From Candidatus Humimicrobium oleiphilum (GTDB lineage: Bacteria > Actinomycetota > Humimicrobiia > Humimicrobiales > Humimicrobiaceae): 64,000 bases of DNA. Shown here piece after piece: positions 1 through 10,161 of this stretch; the first letter of the stretch is position 1; every line of letters starts with the position of its first letter. The DNA lies in contig DBPS01000009.1 of assembly GCA_002304935.1 (NCBI GenBank), positions 19,046-83,045 on the forward strand, in the 5' to 3' direction. Position numbers and translations under genes: made by a program. The notes under the pieces were generated by a model. It was not told where the DNA came from. It did not search any database and was given only the letters and a program-made list of their open reading frames with translations.

Positions 1-224
1 TTTTAAAAAATTTAAAAGTAAAAGACAAGAATCTTATTATGGAAAGCTCTGAATTAAAAAAGAAAATAACTGATGCCGAGAATTATCTGAAAGGCGAAGG
101 AAAAATAGTTGTGAGATCTTCGGGAACAGAATCCCTTATAAGAGTCATGGTTGAGGCAAAAACCTTGGATGTTGTTGAAAAAATACAGGATGATATTTGT
201 AATTTTATTCTTACAATAAAATAA
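1..224 (+). CDS. glmM: phosphoglucosamine mutase, C-terminal fragment (gene begins upstream of window)
   Basis: C-terminal motif VVRSSGTESLIRVMVEAK typical of GlmM/phosphohexomutase C-terminus; immediately upstream of glmS. Confidence 0.7.
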   Translation, partial: LKNLKVKDKNLIMESSELKKKITDAENYLKGEGKIVVRSSGTESLIRVMVEAKTLDVVEKIQDDICNFILTIK

Positions 225-262
225 AAACAGGAATAATATTTTTAAGATTATGGGGAGAGCCA

Positions 263-2128
263 ATGTGTGGAATTATTGCTTATGTCGGTGAGAAAAAGTG
301 CAGGGGAATCATTATAAATGGTTTAAAAAGGCTTGAATACAGAGGTTATGATTCTGCAGGAATTGCTGTTCTTATGAAAGAGGATGGCAAAAAAAATAAC
401 AGGCAGTTTAAGCCCGATTCTTATGGCATACGGATTGCAAAGCAGGCAGGAAAAATAGCTGAACTTGAAAAACTGATAAAAGGCAGCGATATTGACGGCT
501 GTGTAGGTATTGGCCATACAAGATGGGCTACACATGGTGCACCGACTCAGATTAATGCTCACCCGCATATGGATTGCAACTCAAAGATAGCTGTTGTTCA
601 TAACGGTATTATTGAAAATTATGCAGAACTGAAAGAAGAACTTATTTCAAAAGGGCATAAATTCGTTTCAGAAACTGATACTGAGGTGATTCCTCATATG
701 TTAGAAGAATTTAACAATGGCGATCTACTTATTGCCATGCAGAAACTTCTAAAAAGAATCAAAGGTTCAGGTGCAATTGTTGCATTGAATTCCCAGGTCC
801 CGGATGAAATAATTGCAGCCAGGATAGCAAGTCCTTTAATCATCGGTATAGGCAGAGACGGCAATTTTTTAGCTTCGGATATGCCTGCAGTGCTTGAACA
901 TACAAAAAATTTTATCATTGTTAATGATTTTGAGACTATAAGGATTAAAAAAGACAGCATAGAAATATTTGATATAGATGGAAAGAAAATAACAAGAGAA
1001 CCCTTTAAAGCGAACTGGTCAATCACCAGTGCTGAGAAATCAGGCTATGAAGATTTTATGTTAAAGGAAATATTCGAGCAGCCTTTCGGGGTCAAGGAAA
1101 CAATGAGAGGCAGACTTATAGAAGGTCAGCTTGATTTTAAAGAATTAAATATGACATCGGAACAAATCAGAAGCCTGGAAAAGATACATATAATTGCATG
1201 CGGGACTTCTTCGCATGCTGCACTTCTGGGAAAACAACTTATTGAAAAATGGGCAAGGATTCCTGTTGAAGTTGAAGTTTCTTCTGAATACAGATATAAA
1301 GACCCGATTGTAGAAAAAAATTGTCTGTTTATTGCAATTACACAATCAGGTGAAACAATAGACACTCTTGCTGCCATCCGGGAAGCAAGATCTAAAGGAG
1401 CAAGGATTGTTTCCATAACAAATGTAGTTGGAAGTACTGTTGCCAGGGAATCAGATGCTGTCATATATACTCATGCGGGTCCGGAGATAGGGGTTTGTGC
1501 AACAAAAACATTTACTGCTCAAATGATCGTTATGTATCTTGTTGCAATTTATCTCGCAAAAGAAACAGGCAGACTTGACCAGGAAAAAATTAAAGAAATT
1601 CTGGATGAACTTGAAATATTACCCAATAAGATACAAAGCATGCTCAATAACTCCGAACAAATAAAAAGAATAGCTGACCAGCTATACAAATATAAGACCT
1701 TTTTATTTCTGGGAAGATTGTTCGGACTCCCTGTTGCACTTGAAGGAGCTCTGAAGCTAAAAGAAGTATCATACATACATGCAGAGGGTTATGCTGCGGG
1801 AGAAATGAAGCATGGTCCGATAGCCCTGACTGATACGAACACTACGGTAGTAAGCATTGTTCCCAGAGACTCTGTATATGAAAAAATGTTAAGCAATATA
1901 GAAGAGGTAAAATCAAGAAATGCTACCATTCTTTCTATTGCTACTGAGGGCGATATTCAGATATCCAGATATTCGAATTATGTTTTTTATGTTCCGAAAA
2001 CGATAGAAGAATTATATGGTATTCTGACGATAGTACCATTGCAGCTTCTGTCATATTATATAGCAAAAAACCTGGGAAGAAATGTTGACCAGCCAAGGAA
2101 TCTGGCAAAAAGTGTCACAGTGGAATGA
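263..2128 (+). CDS. glmS: glutamine--fructose-6-phosphate aminotransferase (isomerizing)
   Basis: N-terminal MCGI(I/V) catalytic Cys2, GIGHTRWATHG glutaminase motif, two SIS domains, C-terminal ...VTVE; 621 aa. Confidence 0.95.
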   Translation: MCGIIAYVGEKKCRGIIINGLKRLEYRGYDSAGIAVLMKEDGKKNNRQFKPDSYGIRIAKQAGKIAELEKLIKGSDIDGCVGIGHTRWATHGAPTQINAHPHMDCNSKIAVVHNGIIENYAELKEELISKGHKFVSETDTEVIPHMLEEFNNGDLLIAMQKLLKRIKGSGAIVALNSQVPDEIIAARIASPLIIGIGRDGNFLASDMPAVLEHTKNFIIVNDFETIRIKKDSIEIFDIDGKKITREPFKANWSITSAEKSGYEDFMLKEIFEQPFGVKETMRGRLIEGQLDFKELNMTSEQIRSLEKIHIIACGTSSHAALLGKQLIEKWARIPVEVEVSSEYRYKDPIVEKNCLFIAITQSGETIDTLAAIREARSKGARIVSITNVVGSTVARESDAVIYTHAGPEIGVCATKTFTAQMIVMYLVAIYLAKETGRLDQEKIKEILDELEILPNKIQSMLNNSEQIKRIADQLYKYKTFLFLGRLFGLPVALEGALKLKEVSYIHAEGYAAGEMKHGPIALTDTNTTVVSIVPRDSVYEKMLSNIEEVKSRNATILSIATEGDIQISRYSNYVFYVPKTIEELYGILTIVPLQLLSYYIAKNLGRNVDQPRNLAKSVTVE

Positions 2129-2132
2129 TAAA

Positions 2133-2516
2133 TTGAATATTTTTAATATAGGTACGGACCTGATAGAGGTTAAAAGAATAAAAAGGATTATTGAAAGATA
2201 TCCGGGTTTTCTGAATAAAATATATACTGAACTTGAGCAAAATTACTGCATAAAAAAAAACAAGGTCTTATATGAATGTTTTGCCTCACGGTTTGCCGCA
2301 AAGGAAGCAGTTGCAAAAAGCCTTGGACAGGGTATTGGCAAAAATATTTTTTTTAGGGAAATAAATATAGGAAACGATAAGGAAGGAAAACCTGTCGTAT
2401 CATTGAGTGGAAGAACTTTATCATATGCAAAAAAACAAAATATAAAAGATATCAGATTAACAATATCGTCTGCAAGAGAATACTGCATAGCATTTGCTGT
2501 TTCACTGTGTGAGTGA
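2133..2516 (+). CDS. acpS: holo-[acyl-carrier-protein] synthase (4'-phosphopantetheinyl transferase); probable TTG start 4 nt after glmS stop
   Basis: IGTDLIEVKRI ... FAAKEAVAKSLG motifs of AcpS; ORF track frame 2082..2516 overlaps glmS, TTG at 2133 gives canonical N-terminus. Confidence 0.85.
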   Translation: MNIFNIGTDLIEVKRIKRIIERYPGFLNKIYTELEQNYCIKKNKVLYECFASRFAAKEAVAKSLGQGIGKNIFFREINIGNDKEGKPVVSLSGRTLSYAKKQNIKDIRLTISSAREYCIAFAVSLCE

Positions 2517-2661
2517 TAATTTAAAGACCCTCGATTATTTTTGTGATAAAATATCTTAAATAAATCTTAATACTGCATTTTTTAAATTACAGGTCTTTGA
2601 TTTGATATTGAAGATAAAATAATTTTATATTGCAGGAAGGGAAAGAATTCAGGGAAAATAA

Positions 2662-4386
2662 ATGGATTTTAGCAATGATGATAATCTGATAAAAATACTC
2701 AGGGGCAGTGATACTGCAAAAATTGACCATGAATGCATAGAAGCAAATATTGATTCAAAATGGCTTATGAAAAATGCCGGCACTTGTGTTTCAGACTTCA
2801 TTATAAATTATTATTTAAATAAGGACCCAGATTTTAATATAACACAGGAAACAGGAGACAAAATAAGTCTGGTAAAAAAATACAGAAGCAAATCAGCATT
2901 AAAATTGAACGGCTGCATACTCTGTGGCACAGGTAATAATGGCGGAGATGGCTTTGTCTGTGCAATAAATCTTTTAAAAAAAGGAATCGATTTAACATTA
3001 TTCTGTTCAGGAGTTCAGCAAAAATTAAAAGGTGACAGTCTTTATTATTACAAAAAGCTCTCTGAAGTAAAAGAAAAAGCCTTGTCTCAGGAAGGCAAAA
3101 GTTTGGGTAATATAAAAATAATTTTTCCGGAAAACGAAAATGAGAGGACTTATTTTCAGGAATTAGAAAATCATCTTCAGGGATCTGATTTTATAGTAGA
3201 CGCAGTATTCGGGACAGGGCTGCATAATGAAGATATCAGAGGAAGAAGCCTGGAAATAATTGATCTTGTAAATAAGGCCGGGGAAATAAAGAAAGACCTG
3301 ATTATTTTTGCTGTGGATATTCCTTCGGGCATAGATTCTGACAATGGCAAAATACTCGGTAAGGCGGTAAAGGCAGATTATACCATTACGTTTGGAACAA
3401 AAAAAACAGGGCATGTCATTTATCCGGGTTCTGAAAATTCCGGCAGAGTTATAATTGCGGATATCGGAATCCCGGGCAGTATTTTCAGCAAATATGATAG
3501 TTGTTTTGAAGCTACTTTAAAATGGGTGGCCGGAAAACTTCCCGGCAGAGGCCTGCATTCTTATAAACATTCAGTAGGGAAATTGTTAGTCATAGCGGGT
3601 TCCCGGGGCTTTACCGGTGCCGCAGCGATGACCTGTCAGTCTGCAATGAGAGCAGGTGCAGGGATAGTAACGCTTATCTGTCCGGATGAGTTAAATGAAA
3701 TATTTGAAATTAAGTTAACCGAAGCCATGACATATCCTGTTGAACAGACAGAGTCGGGAAGCCTTCATTTAAATTCTTTCAAGGATATATTAAATGAAAG
3801 CAAAAAGTACGATGCGCTTGTAATAGGACCAGGTCTGTCCAGAAATCCAAGTACAGTTATGCTTGTGAGGGAAATACTTAAAAATATTAAAATACCGACA
3901 ATTCTTGATGCAGATGGACTTAGAGCCCTCGCCACCCCTTTAGAGATCCAGAATGATGATTTATTTAATCTTGAAAATGTAGTAATAACTCCTCATCCTG
4001 GTGAATTAAGCTCAATTCTCTTAAGGGAAAAAATAAAACCGGAAGAGAGAATGGAAGCAAATCTGGAATCTTCTGAAAAATTCGGTGTTGTCTCAGTCCT
4101 GAAAGGTTCTTCAACAATTATTACATACAAAAAGAATACTTTTATAAATCCTACCGGTGATTTTGCGCTTGCAACTGCAGGGACAGGAGATATACTGGCG
4201 GGGATCATCGGGGCATTTCTCTGCCAGGGGATGGACAGGCTCAGCGCCGCGGTCAGTGGTGTTTATGTTCATGGTCTTGCCTCTGATTTAATAAGTGCCT
4301 ATACCGGTAAAACATCAATGATAGCAACCGACCTCCTTGAGGGATTAAAAAAGGTATTTCTGGAAATTGAAAAATTAAAGTATTAA
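2662..4386 (+). CDS. nnr: bifunctional NAD(P)H-hydrate repair enzyme (epimerase + ADP-dependent dehydratase), YjeF-N/YjeF-C
   Basis: CGTGNNGGDGFV (YjeF-N) and C-terminal carbohydrate-kinase-like GTGDILAGIIGAFL motif. Confidence 0.9.
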   Translation: MDFSNDDNLIKILRGSDTAKIDHECIEANIDSKWLMKNAGTCVSDFIINYYLNKDPDFNITQETGDKISLVKKYRSKSALKLNGCILCGTGNNGGDGFVCAINLLKKGIDLTLFCSGVQQKLKGDSLYYYKKLSEVKEKALSQEGKSLGNIKIIFPENENERTYFQELENHLQGSDFIVDAVFGTGLHNEDIRGRSLEIIDLVNKAGEIKKDLIIFAVDIPSGIDSDNGKILGKAVKADYTITFGTKKTGHVIYPGSENSGRVIIADIGIPGSIFSKYDSCFEATLKWVAGKLPGRGLHSYKHSVGKLLVIAGSRGFTGAAAMTCQSAMRAGAGIVTLICPDELNEIFEIKLTEAMTYPVEQTESGSLHLNSFKDILNESKKYDALVIGPGLSRNPSTVMLVREILKNIKIPTILDADGLRALATPLEIQNDDLFNLENVVITPHPGELSSILLREKIKPEERMEANLESSEKFGVVSVLKGSSTIITYKKNTFINPTGDFALATAGTGDILAGIIGAFLCQGMDRLSAAVSGVYVHGLASDLISAYTGKTSMIATDLLEGLKKVFLEIEKLKY

Positions 4387-4456
4387 AATTGATTTTTATT
4401 ATTGTTTTTTTTAAATCTAATAATTATTTTACTTAAAAAATATTAAGGAGAAGATT

Positions 4457-4921
4457 ATGTCTGAACTTTCAGCAAAAGACATAATGTCTGGTAATGTCAT
4501 TACTATAAATAAAAATGCTTCTATTGAAGAATTATCAGCTTTATTAATAGAAAATAAAATAAGCGGTGTTCCCGTAGTTGACGATGACGGAATAATGGTA
4601 GGAATAGCAACGGAAGGAGATATAATAGTAAAAGATACTGATTTGCATTTTCCACGCTATTTCAAACTGCTTGACGGGATAATATATCTTGAGAGTTTCA
4701 CAAAATTCAAAAATAATCTTAAAAAGCACCTTGCAATAAAAGTCGAGGAAATAATGACCCTGAAAGTGGTTTCAGCCAGGGCAGATACTCCTGTATCTGA
4801 GATTGCTGAAATGATGGTAAATAACAGAGTTAACAGGATTCCGATAATTGATGAAGAGGGCAAGCCTGTCGGTATTGTTACCAGGGCTGACATTGTGAAA
4901 TCTTTTGCGAAAAACCAATAA
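4457..4921 (+). CDS. CBS-pair domain protein
   Basis: two CBS repeats (ISGVPVVDDDGIMVGIATEGDI... / VNRIPIIDEEGKPVGIVTRADI). Confidence 0.8.
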   Translation: MSELSAKDIMSGNVITINKNASIEELSALLIENKISGVPVVDDDGIMVGIATEGDIIVKDTDLHFPRYFKLLDGIIYLESFTKFKNNLKKHLAIKVEEIMTLKVVSARADTPVSEIAEMMVNNRVNRIPIIDEEGKPVGIVTRADIVKSFAKNQ

Positions 4922-4939
4922 GCAGGAAGAAATCTGGGT

Positions 4940-6154
4940 ATGAATAATTTAAACCACGTTTACCATCCTGATGATAGATTTGCCTGGGTGGAAATAAATC
5001 TGGATAATCTTGACAGTAATTTAAGATTAATAAAGAAATTTATTTTTTCATGTAATCCGGAAGCAGATAATAAGAAACCAGGCATAATGACGGTTGTAAA
5101 AGCAAATGCATATGGCCACGGTCTTTTGGAAATATCAAAAAGAGCAATTGCTTCCGGTTCCTCATCTCTTGGTGTAGCACTGATTCATGAAGGCCTGAGG
5201 CTGAGGAATGGTGGGATAAAAACTCCTATAATATGTATCGGCGCCCATTCGCCGGAAAAAGTAAAAGATGCAGTTGAGAATGATATATGTCTTTCTATTA
5301 CTTCATTAAACAGTGCAAAAATTATTTCAGGTATATGCAGTTCCCTTAATAAAGATTGCAGGGTTCATGTCAAGATTGATACAGGCATGAATCGTATAGG
5401 GATAAATTATAAAGATGCTGTAAAAGACATAATAGAAATATCAAAACTGACGGGCATAAAGGTTGAAGGTGTATTTACTCATTTTGCATGTGCGTCAAAA
5501 AAAGAAGATTCCTATAATACTCTGCAGTGGGACAGATTTAAAACAATAATGGATGAACTTAAAATCAGGTGTCCTGAAATCAGTAATTATCACTGTTCGA
5601 ACAGTGCGGCATTTTTAAGATATCCCAGAATGCATCTGGATATCGTAAGGCTGGGTATTATTATTTACGGCATCAACCCTTTTAATGATGATTATCGCGA
5701 TTTTTGCAGCAAAGATGCAATAGACTTTATTGAAAATCTTAAACCGGTATTAAGCCTTAAAGCAAGAATCTCTTTTATCAAAAGGATATCAAAAGGTGAA
5801 AATATTTCTTACTGTGGTACGTTCAAAACTAATAGGGATAGTATTATTGCAACTATTCCTGTAGGATATGCAGACGGCTATTCCTGGAATTTTTCCAATA
5901 AAGCATATACTATTTTTAATGATTGCTTTGCACCTGTTGTCGGTAATATTACAATGGACCAGACAATGGTCGATCTGACAGGATGTAGCGGAGCTATTGA
6001 TGCAAAAGCCGGTGACGAGGTGATTCTTATTGGCAGCGGCAGCAATAAGCAAATAACAGTAAATGAGCTGGCAGAGCTTATCGGAACTATTAATTATGAA
6101 ATAATTTGTATGATTGGTGACAGAATACCAAGGATCTACACGAAAGGCAGATAA
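4940..6154 (+). CDS. alr: alanine racemase
   Basis: PLP-lysine motif VVKANAYGHG, C-terminal beta domain; classic acpS-...-alr neighbourhood. Confidence 0.9.
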   Translation: MNNLNHVYHPDDRFAWVEINLDNLDSNLRLIKKFIFSCNPEADNKKPGIMTVVKANAYGHGLLEISKRAIASGSSSLGVALIHEGLRLRNGGIKTPIICIGAHSPEKVKDAVENDICLSITSLNSAKIISGICSSLNKDCRVHVKIDTGMNRIGINYKDAVKDIIEISKLTGIKVEGVFTHFACASKKEDSYNTLQWDRFKTIMDELKIRCPEISNYHCSNSAAFLRYPRMHLDIVRLGIIIYGINPFNDDYRDFCSKDAIDFIENLKPVLSLKARISFIKRISKGENISYCGTFKTNRDSIIATIPVGYADGYSWNFSNKAYTIFNDCFAPVVGNITMDQTMVDLTGCSGAIDAKAGDEVILIGSGSNKQITVNELAELIGTINYEIICMIGDRIPRIYTKGR

Positions 6155-6156
6155 AA

Positions 6157-6732
6157 ATGAAAGTTGCTTTATTCAATTGCAGTCCCAGAAAAGATGGCAA
6201 TACTTATGTTGGGCTTAAAATCATAGCCGATGAGCTTGAAAAAGAATCAATTACAACTGAAATAATACAGATTGGCTGCGAAAAGGTCTATGGCTGTGAT
6301 GCATGCGGTGTATGCAAAAAAACAAAAAGCGGTTTTTGTAATATAAAAGATGATATTGTAAATGATGCAATTAAAAAAGTTTATGAAAGTGAAGGTTTTA
6401 TAATTGGCTCACCCACTTATTTTGGTTCTGTTACTTCGGAAGCCAAGGCTTTTATTGACAGGCTGGGATACGCATCAAGAGCAGCGGATATGAAATTAAG
6501 CAGAAAAGCAGCAGCAGGAATAGCTATCGCCAGAAGAGCCGGAGCAGTTGATGCTTTGCTTCAGATAAACAAGATGTTTCTTATAAGCGGATGCGTAATA
6601 CCCTGTTCTTCCTACTGGAATATTGCAATCGGAAGAGAAAAAGGAGATATTCTTAATGACAGGGAAGGCGTGGAAACATTTGTTAATCTGGCCAGAAATA
6701 TGGCGTGGCTTTTAAAGAAGGTTTATGACTGA
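6157..6732 (+). CDS. isf: iron-sulfur flavoprotein (NADPH-dependent FMN reductase fold with compact 4Fe-4S Cys motif)
   Basis: flavodoxin-like N-terminus MKVALFNCSPRKDGNT, Cys cluster CDACGVCKKTKSGFC (CxxCxxCx7C). Confidence 0.75.
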   Translation: MKVALFNCSPRKDGNTYVGLKIIADELEKESITTEIIQIGCEKVYGCDACGVCKKTKSGFCNIKDDIVNDAIKKVYESEGFIIGSPTYFGSVTSEAKAFIDRLGYASRAADMKLSRKAAAGIAIARRAGAVDALLQINKMFLISGCVIPCSSYWNIAIGREKGDILNDREGVETFVNLARNMAWLLKKVYD

Positions 6733-6817
6733 TAACATATAAATGAAAGTTCCCATGCAGGGATACGCGATTGAAGCTATGTATTAAAATATTTTTTTAT
6801 AAATGATTGGAGATTAA

Positions 6818-7306
6818 ATGACAAATAAAAAACTGACAGTATCTGTATTGATCATAATCATTATTTTAGCTATTTCTCTTTTTGGAACAGGATGCGCGAA
6901 AAAAGATATAGTCGAGCCAGATTACAGCAAAGCTGTTGCAGAGGATTTTCTGGTTTCAGTTAGTGAAAGTAGTTATGATTTTCCTTCCACAGTGCTCAGT
7001 GAAAATTTTAAAAAAAGTCTTAAATCCATGATTAATAATGAAACCGGTCAGGAATATGCAAGCGATAAAGATGCATTTATTAATAAAATCTGTAAACCTA
7101 TTATTGAAAAAATAGGAACATATGAAAAAGGAAGTCTTTCTTTTGTAAAAACACTTACAGAAAAAGGATATGTAAGCGTTTTTTATAAGACCAGGTTTTC
7201 AAAGGAAACACAGGGAGATGTAACAGTCCAGTTTGTTTTTGAAGAGATTAATGGCAAAATGCTTGTCGGCGGATTGTGGTTCTCTTCAAAGACTCTGAAG
7301 CAGTAA
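6818..7306 (+). CDS. lipoprotein of unknown function (signal peptide + lipobox LFGTGC)
   Basis: N-terminal hydrophobic segment followed by Cys lipobox; no catalytic motifs. Confidence 0.6.
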   Translation: MTNKKLTVSVLIIIIILAISLFGTGCAKKDIVEPDYSKAVAEDFLVSVSESSYDFPSTVLSENFKKSLKSMINNETGQEYASDKDAFINKICKPIIEKIGTYEKGSLSFVKTLTEKGYVSVFYKTRFSKETQGDVTVQFVFEEINGKMLVGGLWFSSKTLKQ

Positions 7307-7371
7307 TCTACGGGTTCCTGATTTTATAAATTTCAAATAGTTAATTTTTTAATAAAGAGGAAGGAGGAGTT

Positions 7372-7716
7372 GTGCTTGTTTCAGCAAGTGAAGGTCAGAT
7401 AATCACCAGTGCATTATTCGGGTTTATGGGAATTTACATGTGTTTTATTGTATTTATAGCAGCAGTTTTTATTGCATTGTTTGTTTTCTGGATAATAGGT
7501 ATTGTAGATATTTCTCAAAGAAAAAATGAAGAATTTCCAAATCCGCAGGAGAATCCCAAATCAACCTGGCTGATAATACTGCTTGTAACTCTTGTAATTC
7601 CCCTTGCAGCCGGAATATCAGCAATTATTTATTATACGACCATAATCAGGAAATATCCGAGAGGCAAGTCTTCCCAAAATGCAGAATCATTGGAAGATGA
7701 TAACAAAAAACAATAA
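7372..7716 (+). CDS. small membrane protein, PLD-nuclease N-terminal (PLDc_N)-like
   Basis: two TM helices with W...D...W..I..PxxGxxxY pattern; GTG start with AGGAGG RBS. Confidence 0.5.
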   Translation: MLVSASEGQIITSALFGFMGIYMCFIVFIAAVFIALFVFWIIGIVDISQRKNEEFPNPQENPKSTWLIILLVTLVIPLAAGISAIIYYTTIIRKYPRGKSSQNAESLEDDNKKQ

Positions 7717-7740
7717 ATAAAAGAAGACGAATTAAAAAAA

Positions 7741-7989
7741 TTATTCATCCATAATATCTTTTATATCATCATCAATGTTTTTGGAAGTGAATGACTTGAA
7801 ATCGAAATCATCGATTATCCTGCTTATGTTTTTGGGAATGACTTCTTTTTCTTTTAAAAATTCAGTGATTTTTTTTATCCCGACTTTGCTGATTACATAA
7901 CCTGCAATACCGCCCAATACGGCACCTCCTGCAATATATGCAAAAACCTTTGAGTCAAATTTCTTTTTTTCAGAACTATTTCCGGACAT
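7741..7989 (-). CDS. small glycine-zipper membrane protein, unknown function
   Basis: 82-aa ORF, AYIAGGAVLGGIAGYVI helix, acidic C-terminus. Confidence 0.45.
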   Translation of the reverse strand: MSGNSSEKKKFDSKVFAYIAGGAVLGGIAGYVISKVGIKKITEFLKEKEVIPKNISRIIDDFDFKSFTSKNIDDDIKDIMDE

Positions 7990-8052
7990 ATATTTCCTCC
8001 AAAGATATTTTTAAAATTAATTGTAAATTAAATATATAAAATAAATATTCAT

Positions 8053-8081
8053 TTGACAGATAATTCCATATTATATATATA
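8053..8081 (+). promoter_or_regulatory. sigma70-like promoter (TTGACA-17-TATATA) for yhhQ
   Basis: TTGACA at 8053..8058, 17-nt spacer, TATATA at 8076..8081, ~45 nt upstream of start codon. Confidence 0.5.
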
Positions 8082-8125
8082 ATTGGTTTTTATTACAAAA
8101 ATTTAAAAGTCCATGGGTTCTTTAA

Positions 8126-8833
8126 ATGAATAATAAAGCAAATGAAATAAATCTGCCGGGTGAAAAGCAGTATAAATATTTTGAAATAATACTCGGTCTT
8201 TTTGTAGCAGTACTGCTTATTTCAAATATTGCTTCTACAAAAATAACACAGATATGGAAATTTACTTTTGACGGAGGAACTATTATATTTCCTCTTTCAT
8301 ACATATTCGGAGATATTTTAACGGAGGTATATGGTTACAAAAAGGCGAGGAAGGCAATATGGATTGGTTTTTTCAGTGCTTTTCTTATGTCGCTTGTTTT
8401 ATGGCTGGTAGGATTTCTCAAACCTGCTGAAGGCTGGAATCTGCAGACTGCCTACATTTCAATACTTGGACAGACTCCGAGGATAGTAGGCGCTTCCCTG
8501 GCCGCTTATTTTGCAGGTGAATTTACAAATTCAATAATACTTGCAAAGTTAAAAATACTTACAAAAGGAAGATGGCTTTGGACAAGGACAATTACTTCAA
8601 CCATAGCAGGACAGGCAGTAGATACAGCATTATTCTGTCTGATAGCATTTGCCGGACTTTATCCAGGCAGGCTTTTATTGTCCATAATAATTTCCAACTA
8701 TATTTTTAAGGTAGGTCTTGAAATAATAATGACGCCTGCAACGTATAGAATAGTCCATTTTCTAAAAAGGAGGGAAGGTACTGACTACTATGATTATAAG
8801 ACAGACTTTAATCCATTCAGAATAAGAGGGTAA
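8126..8833 (+). CDS. yhhQ: queuosine precursor transporter (YhhQ/VUT family, DUF165)
   Basis: FPLSYIFGDILTEVYGYKKARKAIW signature of YhhQ family; 6 TM. Confidence 0.8.
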   Translation: MNNKANEINLPGEKQYKYFEIILGLFVAVLLISNIASTKITQIWKFTFDGGTIIFPLSYIFGDILTEVYGYKKARKAIWIGFFSAFLMSLVLWLVGFLKPAEGWNLQTAYISILGQTPRIVGASLAAYFAGEFTNSIILAKLKILTKGRWLWTRTITSTIAGQAVDTALFCLIAFAGLYPGRLLLSIIISNYIFKVGLEIIMTPATYRIVHFLKRREGTDYYDYKTDFNPFRIRG

Positions 8834-8914
8834 GTAAAACAAAAAAGCACTAGTAAAATTAATCTGATTTATTTACCAGCGCCAGTTTGTTCTCAATTAC
8901 TTTTATTACTCTGT

Positions 8915-9013
8915 TTATTTTGTAAGCATGCCTATTCCAAGAATAGCCAAAACTATAAAAACCAGCCAGTAGTTTAAAAAAATAAAAGATGTTATTTTCT
9001 TTACCTTTTCCAT
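8915..9013 (-). CDS. unannotated 32-aa hydrophobic peptide (MEKVKKITSFIFLNYWLVFIVLAILGIGMLTK)
   Basis: AAGGAGGTGAAACAG-ATG RBS/start on minus strand; below ORF-track size cutoff; directly downstream of DUF1287 gene. Confidence 0.4.
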   Translation of the reverse strand: MEKVKKITSFIFLNYWLVFIVLAILGIGMLTK

Positions 9014-9106
9014 CTGTTTCACCTCCTTAAAGTCATCTTTAATTATAAATATGAATCGTTTCATATTTATATTATATATATTTGTTGATCTGTGTCAAAT
9101 ATTTTT

Positions 9107-10015
9107 TTACTGATTTAATTCCGGATAAGGGAATCTGTAGTGTCCGCTGACTTCCATTTCAGTAAGAGCATTGGTTTCAGTTATTTTGCCAAGGTCTTTT
9201 GTTATCATTATAATAAGAGGAATACCTTCAGGATTATTATGGTTTGAAATCATGCCTGCAATATCTTTCCCGGGGTTTTCGGCATCAACTGTAAAATAAA
9301 CGATATCCCCGGGCTGCCATTGAAGAATGCTGGCAGGGTCTGAAGCATCAAACTCAGTGGGAAGTTCCAGCGCATTACGCTGAAAGAACTTCTGCTGAAA
9401 ATATACGACCCTGAAGTCTGTTTTTTTATCAGGATTCTTGCTGCCCTTGATATCCATAGGGTATGCATCTATATGTTTGCTCATATCATCATATACAAGC
9501 TCCATTAAATCATAACCGCAATCATTTAAGACAACTGAAATAACATCAGTAGATATCCAGTATTTATCATTCGGATATCCTGTATCTGCATAAAACTGAT
9601 ACTGGTACTCAATATCTTCTTCAAGAAGCTTCATTAATCTTAATACTATTTTTTTCTGTTCTTCGCTTAGTTCAAATATGCCTGATTCATTTGCTGCTGA
9701 GGATTCCGTAGTGCCGGAAAATTCTTCAGTAGTAGCCAGAGCACTGCCCTCCTCTGACTCCGAACCGGTTATTTCATCCTCAGCCAGATTCTGATTTTTG
9801 AAATCAATCAATTCCGTTTCTTTTCCCTGGATATTTTCAGATAAAGGAAAATTAATAAAAGATTTAAACAGGTTCTGGGGGATTTCGATTTTTATTTCTT
9901 TATAGAAAGATTTCAGCATCCAGAACTGCAGGGCTGCCAGCGCAACAAAAAGCACTATTATAATATCATATCTTAATTTTCTTCTTCTTTGAGATTTTCT
10001 TATTCTGGTTTCCAT
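9107..10015 (-). CDS. DUF1287 domain membrane-anchored protein
   Basis: N-terminal TM, acidic linker, C-terminal YPND...GYDLMELVYDDMSKHIDAYP...FRVVYFQQKFF...GDIVYF pattern resembling DUF1287. Confidence 0.6.
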   Translation of the reverse strand: METRIRKSQRRRKLRYDIIIVLFVALAALQFWMLKSFYKEIKIEIPQNLFKSFINFPLSENIQGKETELIDFKNQNLAEDEITGSESEEGSALATTEEFSGTTESSAANESGIFELSEEQKKIVLRLMKLLEEDIEYQYQFYADTGYPNDKYWISTDVISVVLNDCGYDLMELVYDDMSKHIDAYPMDIKGSKNPDKKTDFRVVYFQQKFFQRNALELPTEFDASDPASILQWQPGDIVYFTVDAENPGKDIAGMISNHNNPEGIPLIIMITKDLGKITETNALTEMEVSGHYRFPYPELNQ

Positions 10016-10064
10016 GGACTTATATATTAGCTTAAAAATTCAATTAAATAAAGCAGGCTTTGCT

Positions 10065-10093
10065 TTGACTTTTAAAAACAATATTGTTATATA
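10065..10093 (+). promoter_or_regulatory. sigma70-like promoter (TTGACT-17-TATATA) for ior-paaK operon
   Basis: TTGACT 10065..10070, 17-nt spacer, TATATA 10088..10093. Confidence 0.5.
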
Positions 10094-10161
10094 TAAAGTT
10101 TATTATTTTTTTAAAAAATTGTTAAAATTACTTATTAAAATTTTTACTGCATCCAGGGGAT

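Noticed and set aside
225-262. Looked for a glmS ribozyme in front of glmS
   Set aside because: The glmM-glmS spacer is only 38 nt, which is too short. If one is present it would lie upstream of glmM, outside the window.
7990-8125. Looked for a preQ1 riboswitch upstream of the yhhQ queuosine-precursor transporter
   Set aside because: Only a GGTTC fragment is present. No P1 hairpin plus A-rich tail matching what I recall of the preQ1-I/II consensus could be folded. I saw only a plain promoter.
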